A stretch of DNA of 25,545 nt from a virus (IMGVR_UViG_3300012953_000198:1-25545); one strand, 5' to 3'; counted from the stretch's first letter, positions 1 to 8,936 are shown. A program made the numbers and translations. Notes: generated by a model not told the origin, from the letters alone.

Positions 1-1479
1 AAAGAAACTATATCTAAACAAAAACAAGATATAATGGATAAAAACCTTAAAATCATTGAAGATGATGTTTTTAGACTATCAGAAGAACTTGAAGTTCAAT
101 ATCAAGAATCAGAAAAACAATTGGAGGAACAAGTAGCTCTAGGCAATATGATTCCAGATAGAATGGAGTTAGAACTATCTAATTTAAGGGAAAATATTGA
201 CAAACAGGTTACTCAGACGCGAGAACAGGCTATGATAGACGCTGGTAATGCTGCGCAAATACCTGGAGTAGAGATGAAAACAATGGCTCATCTTATTCAG
301 GAAGGAGCAGTTGAATCTGTTCCAATTTCTCTCACGAAAGTGAAACAGTGCGTGATTATCGGTGATACCTATATTTATTCCAGGATTCTACCAACAAGTA
401 GTTATCCTATTGTCCCAATTTGTAATTTACATACAAGAACACCTTATCCTATCTCTGATGTTCGTATGGTTAAAGGATTACAAGACTATATCAATAAAAC
501 CAGGTCTTTAATTATTGCTCACGCAACTACATCTACAAATATGAAGGTATTAGTTCCTTCTGGTAGTGTAGATATGGCGGAGTTTGAAGAAAAGTGGGCA
601 CAACCTGGAGTTGGTATAGAGGTTGACTTTGATATGGGGCAGCCTGTTGTCGCATCTCCAGCTCCTCTTCCGAATGAGCTCTACAATAACGAGCAGACCG
701 CTAAAAACGACATAGACCATCAGTTAGGGCTATACGAGATGATGATGGGAAATTCCCAAGCTGCCCCACAAACTTATAAAGCAACTATATCGCTTGATGA
801 ATTTGGTCAAAGAAAGATTAGATCTAAATTAGCTGATATAGAAGGAGCTTTACAAAGAGTAGGTAAAGTAGCTATACAATTAATGCAAGAATTATATCAA
901 GAAGAAAAAGTATTTAGAGTTGTTCAAGCAAATAACTCATTAAGTGAATATGCAATTAATAAAAAACTATGGGACGATAAAACTAATGAAATAAAGATTT
1001 TTAATGATATTACGGTAGGCAAATATGATGTAGTGTATGTATCAGGTTCAACACTTCCAAGTAATAGATACGCGGAACTTGAATTTTATATGGATGCTTA
1101 TTCTAAAGGTCTTATCGATAAAGCAGAAGTGCTTAAGAAAACAGAAGTTTTCGATATGGAGGGTGTCCTTCAAAGAACAGATACTATCAACCAGCTTACG
1201 CAACAAGTTGAAGGTCTCACTAAGCAGCTTAAAAAATTAGGCGGCGACATGCAGACCATGGAACGAGAAAATGTTCACCTTAAGCAGAAGGTTGAAGTTG
1301 AGAAGTTTAAAACTGAACTCGACACAACAAGTCAAAAGGCTAAATTAGCTGGAACACTTTTTGAAAAGAGATTAGATGATAACTTATCAATGTTAAGAAA
1401 AGACGCCCAAGATGCAGCAAAAAAACCCGACGCACCTTCTTCCGCATCTAAGAAGCCGTCAAAAAGTAAGAGGAAATAG
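1..1479 (+). CDS. Portal protein, P22-like (C-terminal part; the frame is open from base 1, so the gene starts upstream of the window)
   Basis: No stop in frame 1 before the ATG at 34. YPIVP...RMVKGLQDYINKTRS, ITVGKYDVV and a C-terminal coiled coil (INQLTQQVEGLTKQLKKL) resemble P22-type portals. Lies directly upstream of scaffold and capsid genes. Confidence 0.85.
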   Translation, partial: KETISKQKQDIMDKNLKIIEDDVFRLSEELEVQYQESEKQLEEQVALGNMIPDRMELELSNLRENIDKQVTQTREQAMIDAGNAAQIPGVEMKTMAHLIQEGAVESVPISLTKVKQCVIIGDTYIYSRILPTSSYPIVPICNLHTRTPYPISDVRMVKGLQDYINKTRSLIIAHATTSTNMKVLVPSGSVDMAEFEEKWAQPGVGIEVDFDMGQPVVASPAPLPNELYNNEQTAKNDIDHQLGLYEMMMGNSQAAPQTYKATISLDEFGQRKIRSKLADIEGALQRVGKVAIQLMQELYQEEKVFRVVQANNSLSEYAINKKLWDDKTNEIKIFNDITVGKYDVVYVSGSTLPSNRYAELEFYMDAYSKGLIDKAEVLKKTEVFDMEGVLQRTDTINQLTQQVEGLTKQLKKLGGDMQTMERENVHLKQKVEVEKFKTELDTTSQKAKLAGTLFEKRLDDNLSMLRKDAQDAAKKPDAPSSASKKPSKSKRK

Positions 1480-1481
1480 AA

Positions 1482-2504
1482 ATGGACGCTAATCAAGAGA
1501 ACGCGGCTCAAGAACAACCTGCTATTCCAGCAATGGAACAGGAAGCTATTGATACCCGTGTAGAACGAGATGACCAGGACTTTAGATTTGAACAGGATTT
1601 AGGATTACCTATTCCACAAGAGGGACAAGTGTCAGCACCACCAGTTGGTCAGAATACAGTCGAAGGGCAACCAGCACAACCTGCTGCACCTGCTCAAGAT
1701 TTTTCCCAAAATGAAGTAGCCCCTAATCAAGAAAATGACCAAGTCCGCTATGAATACTGGCAGTCGCAAGCTGCCCAAATGAAGAATCAACTGGATGCCG
1801 TTAAAGAATATATGCCTATGGTAGATTATTTAAGAACGAATCCCGAGGCCGTGCAAAACATTACGCCAGGTGGGCAACCACCAGCGGAAGGTAAAGCACC
1901 AACAAGTCAGGAGCCAGAGGAGTTTCCTCCTCCACCTGAAAAGCCTGAGCAACCTCGTGGATTTTCTAGAGAAGAGGCAATGGGAGATCCTTCATCTGAA
2001 AGCGCAATTTATTTAGATACTGTTGAAAAGTGGAGAGATGATATGCAAACATATAATCAACTTGCTTCTCAATACGAAATAGCTAAAATGCGTGAGAACT
2101 ATGATGAAAAAGTTAGTGCATTAGAAAAACAAGAGCAAGTACGAAACGCTAAAGCTGCTGAGGCAGAAGAAATGGGTCGTATTAGGTCTTTTGTAGGAAA
2201 TAAATATGATCTGGGGGATAAATTAGATGATTTCATTAATACAATGAATGATCCTAAATCCATAAATATGGACGATTTGGTAGGCTATTATCAATATAAA
2301 AATGGTTTAGGTCAACCACAAGCTCCACCTGTGCAACAACCGCCAAGACAGCCAAGTAATAACTTTAGGCAGACTCAAAGAGCCCAAAGTGTTCCAAGGC
2401 CTATGGGGGTTCAGCCAGCTCAGAATCCACAAACTTCCGCTAATGGTGATAATGATTTCATGAGTTCTCTAATAAAAGACGACAATAACAAATCATTTCT
2501 CTAA
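1482..2504 (+). CDS. Putative capsid scaffolding protein
   Basis: Acidic, Q/P/E-rich, largely disordered with helical segments (RYEYWQSQAAQMKNQL). Sits between portal and major capsid genes. Confidence 0.7.
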   Translation: MDANQENAAQEQPAIPAMEQEAIDTRVERDDQDFRFEQDLGLPIPQEGQVSAPPVGQNTVEGQPAQPAAPAQDFSQNEVAPNQENDQVRYEYWQSQAAQMKNQLDAVKEYMPMVDYLRTNPEAVQNITPGGQPPAEGKAPTSQEPEEFPPPPEKPEQPRGFSREEAMGDPSSESAIYLDTVEKWRDDMQTYNQLASQYEIAKMRENYDEKVSALEKQEQVRNAKAAEAEEMGRIRSFVGNKYDLGDKLDDFINTMNDPKSINMDDLVGYYQYKNGLGQPQAPPVQQPPRQPSNNFRQTQRAQSVPRPMGVQPAQNPQTSANGDNDFMSSLIKDDNNKSFL

Positions 2505-2509
2505 GGAGG
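2503..2509 (+). promoter_or_regulatory. Strong Shine-Dalgarno site (AAGGAGG) for the major capsid gene
   Basis: AAGGAGG ends 9 nt before the ATG at 2519. Confidence 0.8.
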
Positions 2510-2518
2510 GAATAAAAC

Positions 2519-4066
2519 ATGTCAGACTATAGTAATGGTCAATTGATTTCTTCAACTCCTAGTAACGCCTTTAGCATTGGAAGCAATGCTCCAGGTGTTG
2601 ATAATATAAGAAGAACGTTTGGTATTGGTGACAAAGTTGCGGAATTAGCTCCAGAGACATCAATTTTCTTCTCATACTTATCTAAACTAGGTAAGAAATC
2701 AACTGACGAAACAGTATGGAGACCATTGGAATACCGTAACCAATGGCAAAGACGTAATTTCACGGCAGAACAATATAAAGTAACAGGTGGTGCAGACCTC
2801 GCAGCAGACGCTATTACAGGGCTTGCTGATGGTGGTGCAGGCGCTTCTGCTGCTACTCACGTTGTTATTCACTGCGATTACGATAAATACGGTAAAACAC
2901 AGATAAGTGGTGGCGATCTAGATGTTGCAAGTGATGCATTTACTGGATTCGCACCTATTTTCTTGACTAAAAACCAAGTACTTAGAATTGGTGGCATAGC
3001 TTATAAACTTATGGCTGACCCTAATTACTATAAGTATAATGGTACAGATGATGCAGTTGCATCAACTAAAGCTAAAGCAGGTACTGAAAAAGGTTTTGCT
3101 ATTCTTACTATAGCAAATCTTGAAAAAATCGAAGATACGGCAGCAGGTTCTCCTGGTAACGTAGCGATTACAGCAGCTGAAGCAGCTTGGAATAAAAAAG
3201 GTCAAGTAATGGGATCACAATGGGGTGAGGCGACTGGCGCTCCTGACGGCTTCAGAGATGAACTATCAAGTGTAGAATTTTATACACAGATATTCAAAAC
3301 TGCAGTTCCTTTAATGTCAGGTTCAATGCAGGCTACTAGATACAGAGGTTATGCTAATGAGTGGAAACGTATTTATACGGAACACTTAAAAGCACATAAA
3401 ATGGATCTAGAAAATGCATTCTTATTTGGTCATGGTGCTTATCATTCAGCAGATGAACGTTTTTCATGGGGTATTGAGCCATTTATTAGAAATAAAGGTG
3501 GTAAAAAATACGAATTGAAATACGGTAATACTGCTGGTAGTGGCGCAGGTTATGATGTAAATGCCGCTTTCACGTACGATGGTATGGTAGATGTAATGGA
3601 TAACTTTATGAACTATGAATCTGGAAATAGTGGTCAAAAACTATGTCTAACTTCTAGAAGTGTTATCAATTACCTACATAAAATGGGTGCAGATCAATTT
3701 GTTGGTAGTTCATTAGGAGGCGCTTCGTCTACTAATCCATTATCAAATGTATTTGCAGCTGGTCTAGATGTTAAAAAATCTAGTTTTATGCCAATCGACA
3801 TAACATCAATCTCTACTTCATGGGGTAATATGAATTTCGTAGCACACCCATTATTTAGAGGAGATATGGAAAACACAGCAGTATGTGTTGACTTATCTAA
3901 TGTCACATTAAGACCATTAGCAGGTAACGGAATCTCTAGGGATACTTTTATTGAAACTAATGTTCAAGAGAATGACATTGATGGTAGAAAGGACATGATC
4001 ATTACTGAGACAGGACTAGAAGTAATGCTACCAGAAACTCACGCTGTTATCGATTTCGTATCGTAA
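2519..4066 (+). CDS. Major capsid protein (HK97 fold, SU10/DUF5309-like) with a large insertion
   Basis: VAELAPETSIFFSYLSKL near the N-terminus, FYTQIFKTAV, EHLKAHKMDLENAFLFG, and C-terminal DGRKDMIITETGLEVMLPETHAVI resemble this capsid family. Strong RBS, double stop (TAA TAG) and a downstream hairpin. Confidence 0.85.
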   Translation: MSDYSNGQLISSTPSNAFSIGSNAPGVDNIRRTFGIGDKVAELAPETSIFFSYLSKLGKKSTDETVWRPLEYRNQWQRRNFTAEQYKVTGGADLAADAITGLADGGAGASAATHVVIHCDYDKYGKTQISGGDLDVASDAFTGFAPIFLTKNQVLRIGGIAYKLMADPNYYKYNGTDDAVASTKAKAGTEKGFAILTIANLEKIEDTAAGSPGNVAITAAEAAWNKKGQVMGSQWGEATGAPDGFRDELSSVEFYTQIFKTAVPLMSGSMQATRYRGYANEWKRIYTEHLKAHKMDLENAFLFGHGAYHSADERFSWGIEPFIRNKGGKKYELKYGNTAGSGAGYDVNAAFTYDGMVDVMDNFMNYESGNSGQKLCLTSRSVINYLHKMGADQFVGSSLGGASSTNPLSNVFAAGLDVKKSSFMPIDITSISTSWGNMNFVAHPLFRGDMENTAVCVDLSNVTLRPLAGNGISRDTFIETNVQENDIDGRKDMIITETGLEVMLPETHAVIDFVS

Positions 4067-4082
4067 TAGTTAAAAGTTAATC

Positions 4083-4116
4083 AAGGGACGGGGTGATTAA
4101 TTTCACCCCTAACCTT
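4083..4116 (+). terminator. GC-rich stem-loop after the capsid gene (attenuator, terminator or mRNA stabiliser)
   Basis: GGGGTGA (4090-4096), loop TTAATT, TCACCCC (4103-4109), extendable by AAGG (4083-4086) and CCTT (4113-4116). No canonical U-tract follows. Confidence 0.6.
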
Positions 4117-4130
4117 AAAAAAGGAAATTA

Positions 4131-4940
4131 ATGGCTTATACAATAACATCAGGAACAATTGCAGAAAAAGTAATCGCTGTTTTAGGCGAAGAAAATACCG
4201 ACTATCTAGACGATATGGTTGGATTAAGCCAATTGTTTGAAGATGCTATTTGGGATATAGCAACATCTTTACCCAAAAGGATGTTAATGAGGGAGGCAAC
4301 AGTTGATCCAAATGGTGCTAGTTTGCTGAACCCTGATACAAATGCATGGTCAACTGGAAAAAGTACTCCTTATTCCGTAAATGATAAATTAGTATTAATG
4401 GTTATAAGAACAGCAGCTAATCATATTATGGATGGTGGAAGTATATCAACAGAAAGATATATACAAAAACCATGTAAAGAAATAGCATATGAGGATTCAT
4501 TTAAATCACTAGATGCTTCTAGTATATTTTTTGCAACTGATAGCTCTCCAGTATATTGGATAGAATCAATATCGGATTCTGCTAATAGTTTGCAAACAGC
4601 CCCAACAACAACGGGTTGGGCTGCAAGCAACGCAGCCACACTAGCAAACGGAAATTCTACTGTACAGGTGTATTTATACGATAGACAAGTAGTAGCAGCT
4701 GAAGACACAACCGATACAGGGTGGAACGTTTTTACTAGCATTAGTAGTGTTCCAGAGGAATCAGAAGATATATTTATAAAAAGAATAGCATTAAAGATTG
4801 CAGAAAGAAAACTAGCAACTATGGCTACTCAAGAAGAAGATACAGAATTATACCAATTACTTCAAGGTGTTGTTGCTACTTTAACACAAGAAGTAAAAGA
4901 TGGATTGTTAAAACTACAACAAGAATGGGAAGCTAACTAA
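4131..4940 (+). CDS. Putative head-tail adaptor / tail ring protein
   Basis: First gene after the capsid gene. Helical N-terminus, beta-rich middle (SPVYW) and a C-terminal VPEESEDIFIKRIALKIAE helix, as in podovirus adaptors. Confidence 0.55.
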   Translation: MAYTITSGTIAEKVIAVLGEENTDYLDDMVGLSQLFEDAIWDIATSLPKRMLMREATVDPNGASLLNPDTNAWSTGKSTPYSVNDKLVLMVIRTAANHIMDGGSISTERYIQKPCKEIAYEDSFKSLDASSIFFATDSSPVYWIESISDSANSLQTAPTTTGWAASNAATLANGNSTVQVYLYDRQVVAAEDTTDTGWNVFTSISSVPEESEDIFIKRIALKIAERKLATMATQEEDTELYQLLQGVVATLTQEVKDGLLKLQQEWEAN

Positions 4941-5203
4941 TGACTCAAAAAGAGCTAATAGAAATTATACAACAGCATTTTCCAGACCAAGGTGAATCTA
5001 TAATAAGAAGCTCTTTAAACAGAGCTTTAAGTGATTTTACTGCTAAAACAGCAATAACTGATGCAGTTGCTACAGATACAATAGTAAAAGATAAAAGAAT
5101 GTATGATTTAGACCCAGGTATGTTAACAATTAAAAGAGTTGAGATAGATAGTGTTCAAATACCTAGATTAGTTACTCCTCCAGTCAAAGGAGATTTAGAT
5201 TAA
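4940..5203 (+). CDS. Adaptor/ring-like protein, N-terminal-half type
   Basis: MTQKELIEII...LNRALSDF...YDLDPGMLTIKRVEI resembles the N-terminal half of phage adaptor proteins. TAATG coupling to the upstream gene. Confidence 0.55.
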   Translation: MTQKELIEIIQQHFPDQGESIIRSSLNRALSDFTAKTAITDAVATDTIVKDKRMYDLDPGMLTIKRVEIDSVQIPRLVTPPVKGDLD

Positions 5204-5601
5204 TGGCAAGTATAAGAGATATACAAGGTAAATGGAGATGGTTTATTGATGGAGAAAGAATTGCAATAGTAGAGGATAATCTTTCTGCTACAGATGAAAA
5301 TTTGGAAGGTAAATACATATCTCCTGCAACAGGAGGTTCTACATTAACAGTTCATTATATTGCTCTTGCAACACCTTTTACTACAAACTTAGAAGATACC
5401 CCTACAGATGTTCCTGCTCAATTTCATGAAGCACTAGCTTTTAAAGTTATAGCAGATTTATACAGGCTTCCTGGGGAATCTATGAATTTACAATTATCTC
5501 AGTATTATGATCAGTTGTATGCTGAACAAGTTAGAGAAGGAAAGAAATATGCTAAAAGAAATCACATGAGGAGTGGGGTTATAACACCTCATACATATTA
5601 A
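5203..5601 (+). CDS. Adaptor/ring-like protein, C-terminal-half type
   Basis: LTVHYIALATP...DTPTDVPAQFHEALAFKVIADLY resembles the adaptor C-terminal motif (P.IP..FH.AL). Has its own RBS (AAGGGAG) and a TAATG overlap. Confidence 0.55.
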   Translation: MASIRDIQGKWRWFIDGERIAIVEDNLSATDENLEGKYISPATGGSTLTVHYIALATPFTTNLEDTPTDVPAQFHEALAFKVIADLYRLPGESMNLQLSQYYDQLYAEQVREGKKYAKRNHMRSGVITPHTY

Positions 5602-5602
5602 T

Positions 5603-5917
5603 ATGGCATTTCAAAGAAGGCAAATAAATTCAACATCTACTTTTCAAACTGGAACTGATGTAACTCCTGTAACATCGCCTACTTTTCAATTATGGCAAAA
5701 TACTACAGGAGAGACCAATACATGGAATTTAGGTCAAGAATGGAGCACTATAGCATCTAAAGAGAATTTAACTTTTAAAAAAGGTGTAAGTTCTGTTTTA
5801 ACTCTTACTGCTCAAGGTGCAACAAATTTAACTTTTGTTAATCAAACAAGTGAGCCAAGCACGCCTGTTGAGGGAATGATGGCTCAAATTAACGGCGAAT
5901 TAAAAATATACCTATAG
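5603..5917 (+). CDS. Small virion protein, possible fibre-attachment subunit
   Basis: T/S-rich 104 aa ending in PSTPVEGMMAQINGELKIYL. Lies between adaptor and fibre genes. Confidence 0.45.
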   Translation: MAFQRRQINSTSTFQTGTDVTPVTSPTFQLWQNTTGETNTWNLGQEWSTIASKENLTFKKGVSSVLTLTAQGATNLTFVNQTSEPSTPVEGMMAQINGELKIYL

Positions 5918-5928
5918 GAGGGTAAACA

Positions 5929-7311
5929 ATGGCAAACTGGAAAAAAGTCGTTACAGAGGCGTCTGCGAATACTATATCTCAAGCGACTTCTGGTAACGCC
6001 GCAACAGCAACAGCTTTAGCAACGGCAAGAAATATTGGTGGTGTATCATTTGATGGTACAGCAAATATTAACTTACCTGGTGTTAATACAAGTGGATCAC
6101 AAGACACAAGTGGAAATGCAGCCACTGCAACTACAGCAAGTACAGTGTCAGATAATGCAATTACAATGGCAAAATTAGCAGGAATTGCTAGAGGTAAATT
6201 AATATATGGTAATACAAGTGGAGACCCAGCATTATTAGATGTCGGTTCAAATGGACAAGTTTTAAGGTCAGATGGTACAGATATATCTTGGGGAGCAGAC
6301 GCAGGATTTAGCTTTCCTGGTGATTTAAATGCAGACGCAGGAGGTGGATTTACAATTGGAAACCAAGCTAGTGATTTATGTACATTTACAGGAGGTGTTC
6401 AAGTAGGCACTCAGCTGCAAGTGTATGGCCCTACAAGTGGAACAGAAGATGCAATATTAAGACTGTCTGCTAATAATAATTTAACTTCTGCTAGTAGATT
6501 TGATATTCTTTCAGACCATAGTGAAAATAAACTTACTTTTAGAAGGTGGATAAACAGCGGAACTAGCTCAATAATGGCTACTATGGACGGTAACGGTCTT
6601 GATGTAACTAATCAAGGGATTAAAGTTAATGATCTAACGTCAACTAGTGACTTTACTGTTTATGCGGCACAAGATTGCATTATAAAATTAGACCATGATG
6701 AAGATACTAGTGCACATACAGCTCAGTTTGAGATTCAAGACCATGATGGTAATATTGAATTTAAAGTAACCGAAGCTGGTGTAGTTACATCTACTGGCGG
6801 TATTACAGCAGGCGGAAATATATCTGCAGGAATTAACACTATTACAGGCCAAAGTGTACAGTCAGTTGGAGGTACATTAAAAGTAAAAACTAATACTAAT
6901 GCAGAAAAATTCTCAGTAGATCAAAGTGGTAATGTTGTTATAGCTGGAGATTTAACAGTATCAGGCGCAACTATTACAACTTCTACAGAAACATTAGAAA
7001 TAGCTGATAATACATTAGTATTAAACTCTGATTTAACTGGAACAGCAGCAGATGCAGGCATTGTAGTGCAGCTTGGAAACTCTGAGGGTAATAATGCTAC
7101 CTTTTGGTATGATGTTGAATCAGGGGCACAAGATACTACTGGAAGATGGGTAGTAGGTTCTACTGATGATGCAAGTGCTGCAATAGGTGGTTATGTTGCT
7201 GATGTAATGCAAGTAAGGATTGACGGTGGTTACAACGCTAGTTCAACAGAAGTTCCAGTTGGACATATGCAATACGATGATGGGGTTTTGTATTTAAGAG
7301 TTGAAGACTAA
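5929..7311 (+). CDS. Tail fibre protein
   Basis: Fibre-type motifs ATATALATARNIGGVSFDGTANINLPG, GSNGQVLRSDG..ISW and GDLTVSGATIT...IADNTLVLN. G/T/A/S-rich. RBS AGGAGG upstream. Confidence 0.8.
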   Translation: MANWKKVVTEASANTISQATSGNAATATALATARNIGGVSFDGTANINLPGVNTSGSQDTSGNAATATTASTVSDNAITMAKLAGIARGKLIYGNTSGDPALLDVGSNGQVLRSDGTDISWGADAGFSFPGDLNADAGGGFTIGNQASDLCTFTGGVQVGTQLQVYGPTSGTEDAILRLSANNNLTSASRFDILSDHSENKLTFRRWINSGTSSIMATMDGNGLDVTNQGIKVNDLTSTSDFTVYAAQDCIIKLDHDEDTSAHTAQFEIQDHDGNIEFKVTEAGVVTSTGGITAGGNISAGINTITGQSVQSVGGTLKVKTNTNAEKFSVDQSGNVVIAGDLTVSGATITTSTETLEIADNTLVLNSDLTGTAADAGIVVQLGNSEGNNATFWYDVESGAQDTTGRWVVGSTDDASAAIGGYVADVMQVRIDGGYNASSTEVPVGHMQYDDGVLYLRVED

Positions 7312-7323
7312 TAAAGGAGAAAA

Positions 7324-7503
7324 ATGAGCGGAATAGTCAATAAAAATGAAAAGGTATCATTTAATATAGAAGAAACAGATTTATTACTCAGAATACTGAA
7401 TGATACCGATTTCAAAGGTGCTCAAGTTAAATTGGCATCTAAATTAATGGAGAAGGTGTTAAAAATACACACTAACTTAATGAGCTATAGGACCAATATA
7501 TAA
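7324..7503 (+). CDS. 59-aa hypothetical protein, possible fibre assembly chaperone (not in the ORF track)
   Basis: Hand translation: MSGIVNKNEKVSFNIEETDLLLRILNDTDFKGAQVKLASKLMEKVLKIHTNLMSYRTNI. AAGGAG upstream and its stop overlaps the next ATG (TAATG). Function inferred from position only. Confidence 0.75.
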   Translation: MSGIVNKNEKVSFNIEETDLLLRILNDTDFKGAQVKLASKLMEKVLKIHTNLMSYRTNI

Positions 7504-8096
7504 TGGCTAATTGGGAAAAAGTAGTAACTACAGTCCAGGCTGGAGGAAACAACTACGAAACAATAATGTCTCACAAAAGGTATGGCGGTTATACTTCTAC
7601 TACATGGAGGGGCACAAGCATGACAGGCTCAACTGCTACTACTCAAACATGGAGTTTAGGTACTACTATACAAGTAGGAACTGTTCCTGTTAATTATTCA
7701 GATACTACCATGAGTTCTTGGGTAGGTATTCAGCATTGTATGTTTATGGCAACTGCTGATTGCGAAGTAGTTAATTGGGGTGCTGTTGGACATCAAAATA
7801 CTTGTTCTAAAGGAATAAGACTTGGCTTATGGAAAGGTGACAAAGTAACTAGTGTAGAGACTAATCATTCAGGTGCTGGTCAAATTGTAGATTTTATTGG
7901 TTATGTAGATTTTAATGCAAATGCAGATACTAGTACTATACACCCTTACCAAGAATGCGGTAATTTTAACGGAACTGCAAAGCAATTAGAAGCAGGAGAT
8001 ATGTTGTATATCTTCGCAACTGAAATACCTGGAGAAACAGAGACTGATAGTTATTATTGGTCTGTAACTAATTCAGTAAGGATAAAATATACATAA
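7503..8096 (+). CDS. Putative distal fibre / receptor-binding subunit
   Basis: Starts MANWEKVVT, nearly identical to the 5929 fibre start. Beta-rich with C-terminal LEAGDMLYIF, a pattern seen in globular fibre-tip domains. Confidence 0.5.
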   Translation: MANWEKVVTTVQAGGNNYETIMSHKRYGGYTSTTWRGTSMTGSTATTQTWSLGTTIQVGTVPVNYSDTTMSSWVGIQHCMFMATADCEVVNWGAVGHQNTCSKGIRLGLWKGDKVTSVETNHSGAGQIVDFIGYVDFNANADTSTIHPYQECGNFNGTAKQLEAGDMLYIFATEIPGETETDSYYWSVTNSVRIKYT

Positions 8097-8611
8097 TGGC
8101 TAAAGTAGATAAAGAAGACTGGAAATCAACACCAGATAGTGATGAGCAAAGCAATAGAGAAAGAGGGGAGCCAACTATTCCTGAATTTGATCATGAACCT
8201 CTTGCTATTCGCTTAATGTTTAATAAATTAAATGAAGCAATCGACCTATCCAATACTCAAGTAGACTCTATAGCAGTAAATACAGCAAAGACTGGTATAA
8301 CAACTGCACAAGCAAGTGCAATTGCCGCTAACACTGCAAAAACTGGAATAACTAATACTCAAGCAGATGCTATTAGTGCTAACACTAAAAAGACTGGTAT
8401 TACTACTGCTCAAGCAACACTGCTTTCAAACTTAAATGCTGGAAGAGCTAGTGGATTAATGACAAACATTAATAAAGTAACTGCACAAATTACTGAATTA
8501 GTAAGTGTTAATGCAAAGACGGGTGCTGCTACATTAAATTCTACTATAGTATTGTCAAATGGTGATAGATATACATTATCTCAAGCATTAACAAAGGTAA
8601 ATAAAAAATGA
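8096..8611 (+). CDS. Fibrous virion protein with three 17-aa repeats
   Basis: Repeats of IxxNTxKTGITxxQAxx. TAATG coupling to the upstream gene. Confidence 0.55.
   Translation: MAKVDKEDWKSTPDSDEQSNRERGEPTIPEFDHEPLAIRLMFNKLNEAIDLSNTQVDSIAVNTAKTGITTAQASAIAANTAKTGITNTQADAISANTKKTGITTAQATLLSNLNAGRASGLMTNINKVTAQITELVSVNAKTGAATLNSTIVLSNGDRYTLSQALTKVNKK
8270..8422 (+). repeat. 3 x 51-nt degenerate coding tandem repeat
   Basis: IAVNTAKTGITTAQASA / IAANTAKTGITNTQADA / ISANTKKTGITTAQATL at 8270-8320, 8321-8371 and 8372-8422. Confidence 0.9.
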
Positions 8612-8766
8612 TAGATACATTAAAAACATCAGCTGTAGGTATTGCGGGATCTACTACAGCACAAGTGATGCATTGGACAGAATGGGTTCCACCAATTTTT
8701 AGCGCATTAGCTGCGTTATCAACACTAATATTTATGTTAATTAAAATATACAAGGAGGTAAAATGA
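8608..8766 (+). CDS. 52-aa membrane protein, holin-like (not in the ORF track)
   Basis: MIDTLKTSAVGIAGSTTAQVMHWTEWVPPIFSALAALSTLIFMLIKIYKEVK: hydrophobic helix followed by a basic tail. ATGA overlaps at both ends. Confidence 0.65.
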   Translation: MIDTLKTSAVGIAGSTTAQVMHWTEWVPPIFSALAALSTLIFMLIKIYKEVK

Positions 8767-8936
8767 AACAATTAATAGCAGATTACTTATTTAACGATGA
8801 AATGAAAGAAAAAATCATCAAAGCTTTAAATGAGAATATCGATGTACCTATTATATCTGAAAAAACAGAAGAAAAGATATTAACTGCAATATATGATTCT
8901 GTGGAAGATGTAATTAAAGCTAAAATCTTAGAATAG
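8763..8936 (+). CDS. 57-aa hypothetical protein (not in the ORF track)
   Basis: MKQLIADYLFNDEMKEKIIKALNENIDVPIISEKTEEKILTAIYDSVEDVIKAKILE. Strong RBS AAGGAGGT immediately upstream. Confidence 0.8.
   Translation: MKQLIADYLFNDEMKEKIIKALNENIDVPIISEKTEEKILTAIYDSVEDVIKAKILE

Noticed and set aside
4050-4075. Programmed frameshift or read-through extension of the capsid protein
   Set aside because: The gene ends in tandem stops (TAA TAG) with no obvious slippery heptamer before them.
5915-6020. Amber read-through of gene 5603 giving LKIYL*EGKQWQT, which superficially completes the fibre motif; possible TAG recoding
   Set aside because: The extension is out of frame with gene 5929, runs into implausible sequence and stops again within about 35 codons. 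The spacer is explained by the AGGAGG RBS. Other TAG stops (1479, 8936, 9115, 20552) fall at clean gene boundaries.
1037-7693. Nested + strand ORFs 1037-1240 and 7511-7693
   Set aside because: Alternate-frame ORFs wholly inside longer genes with no independent support.
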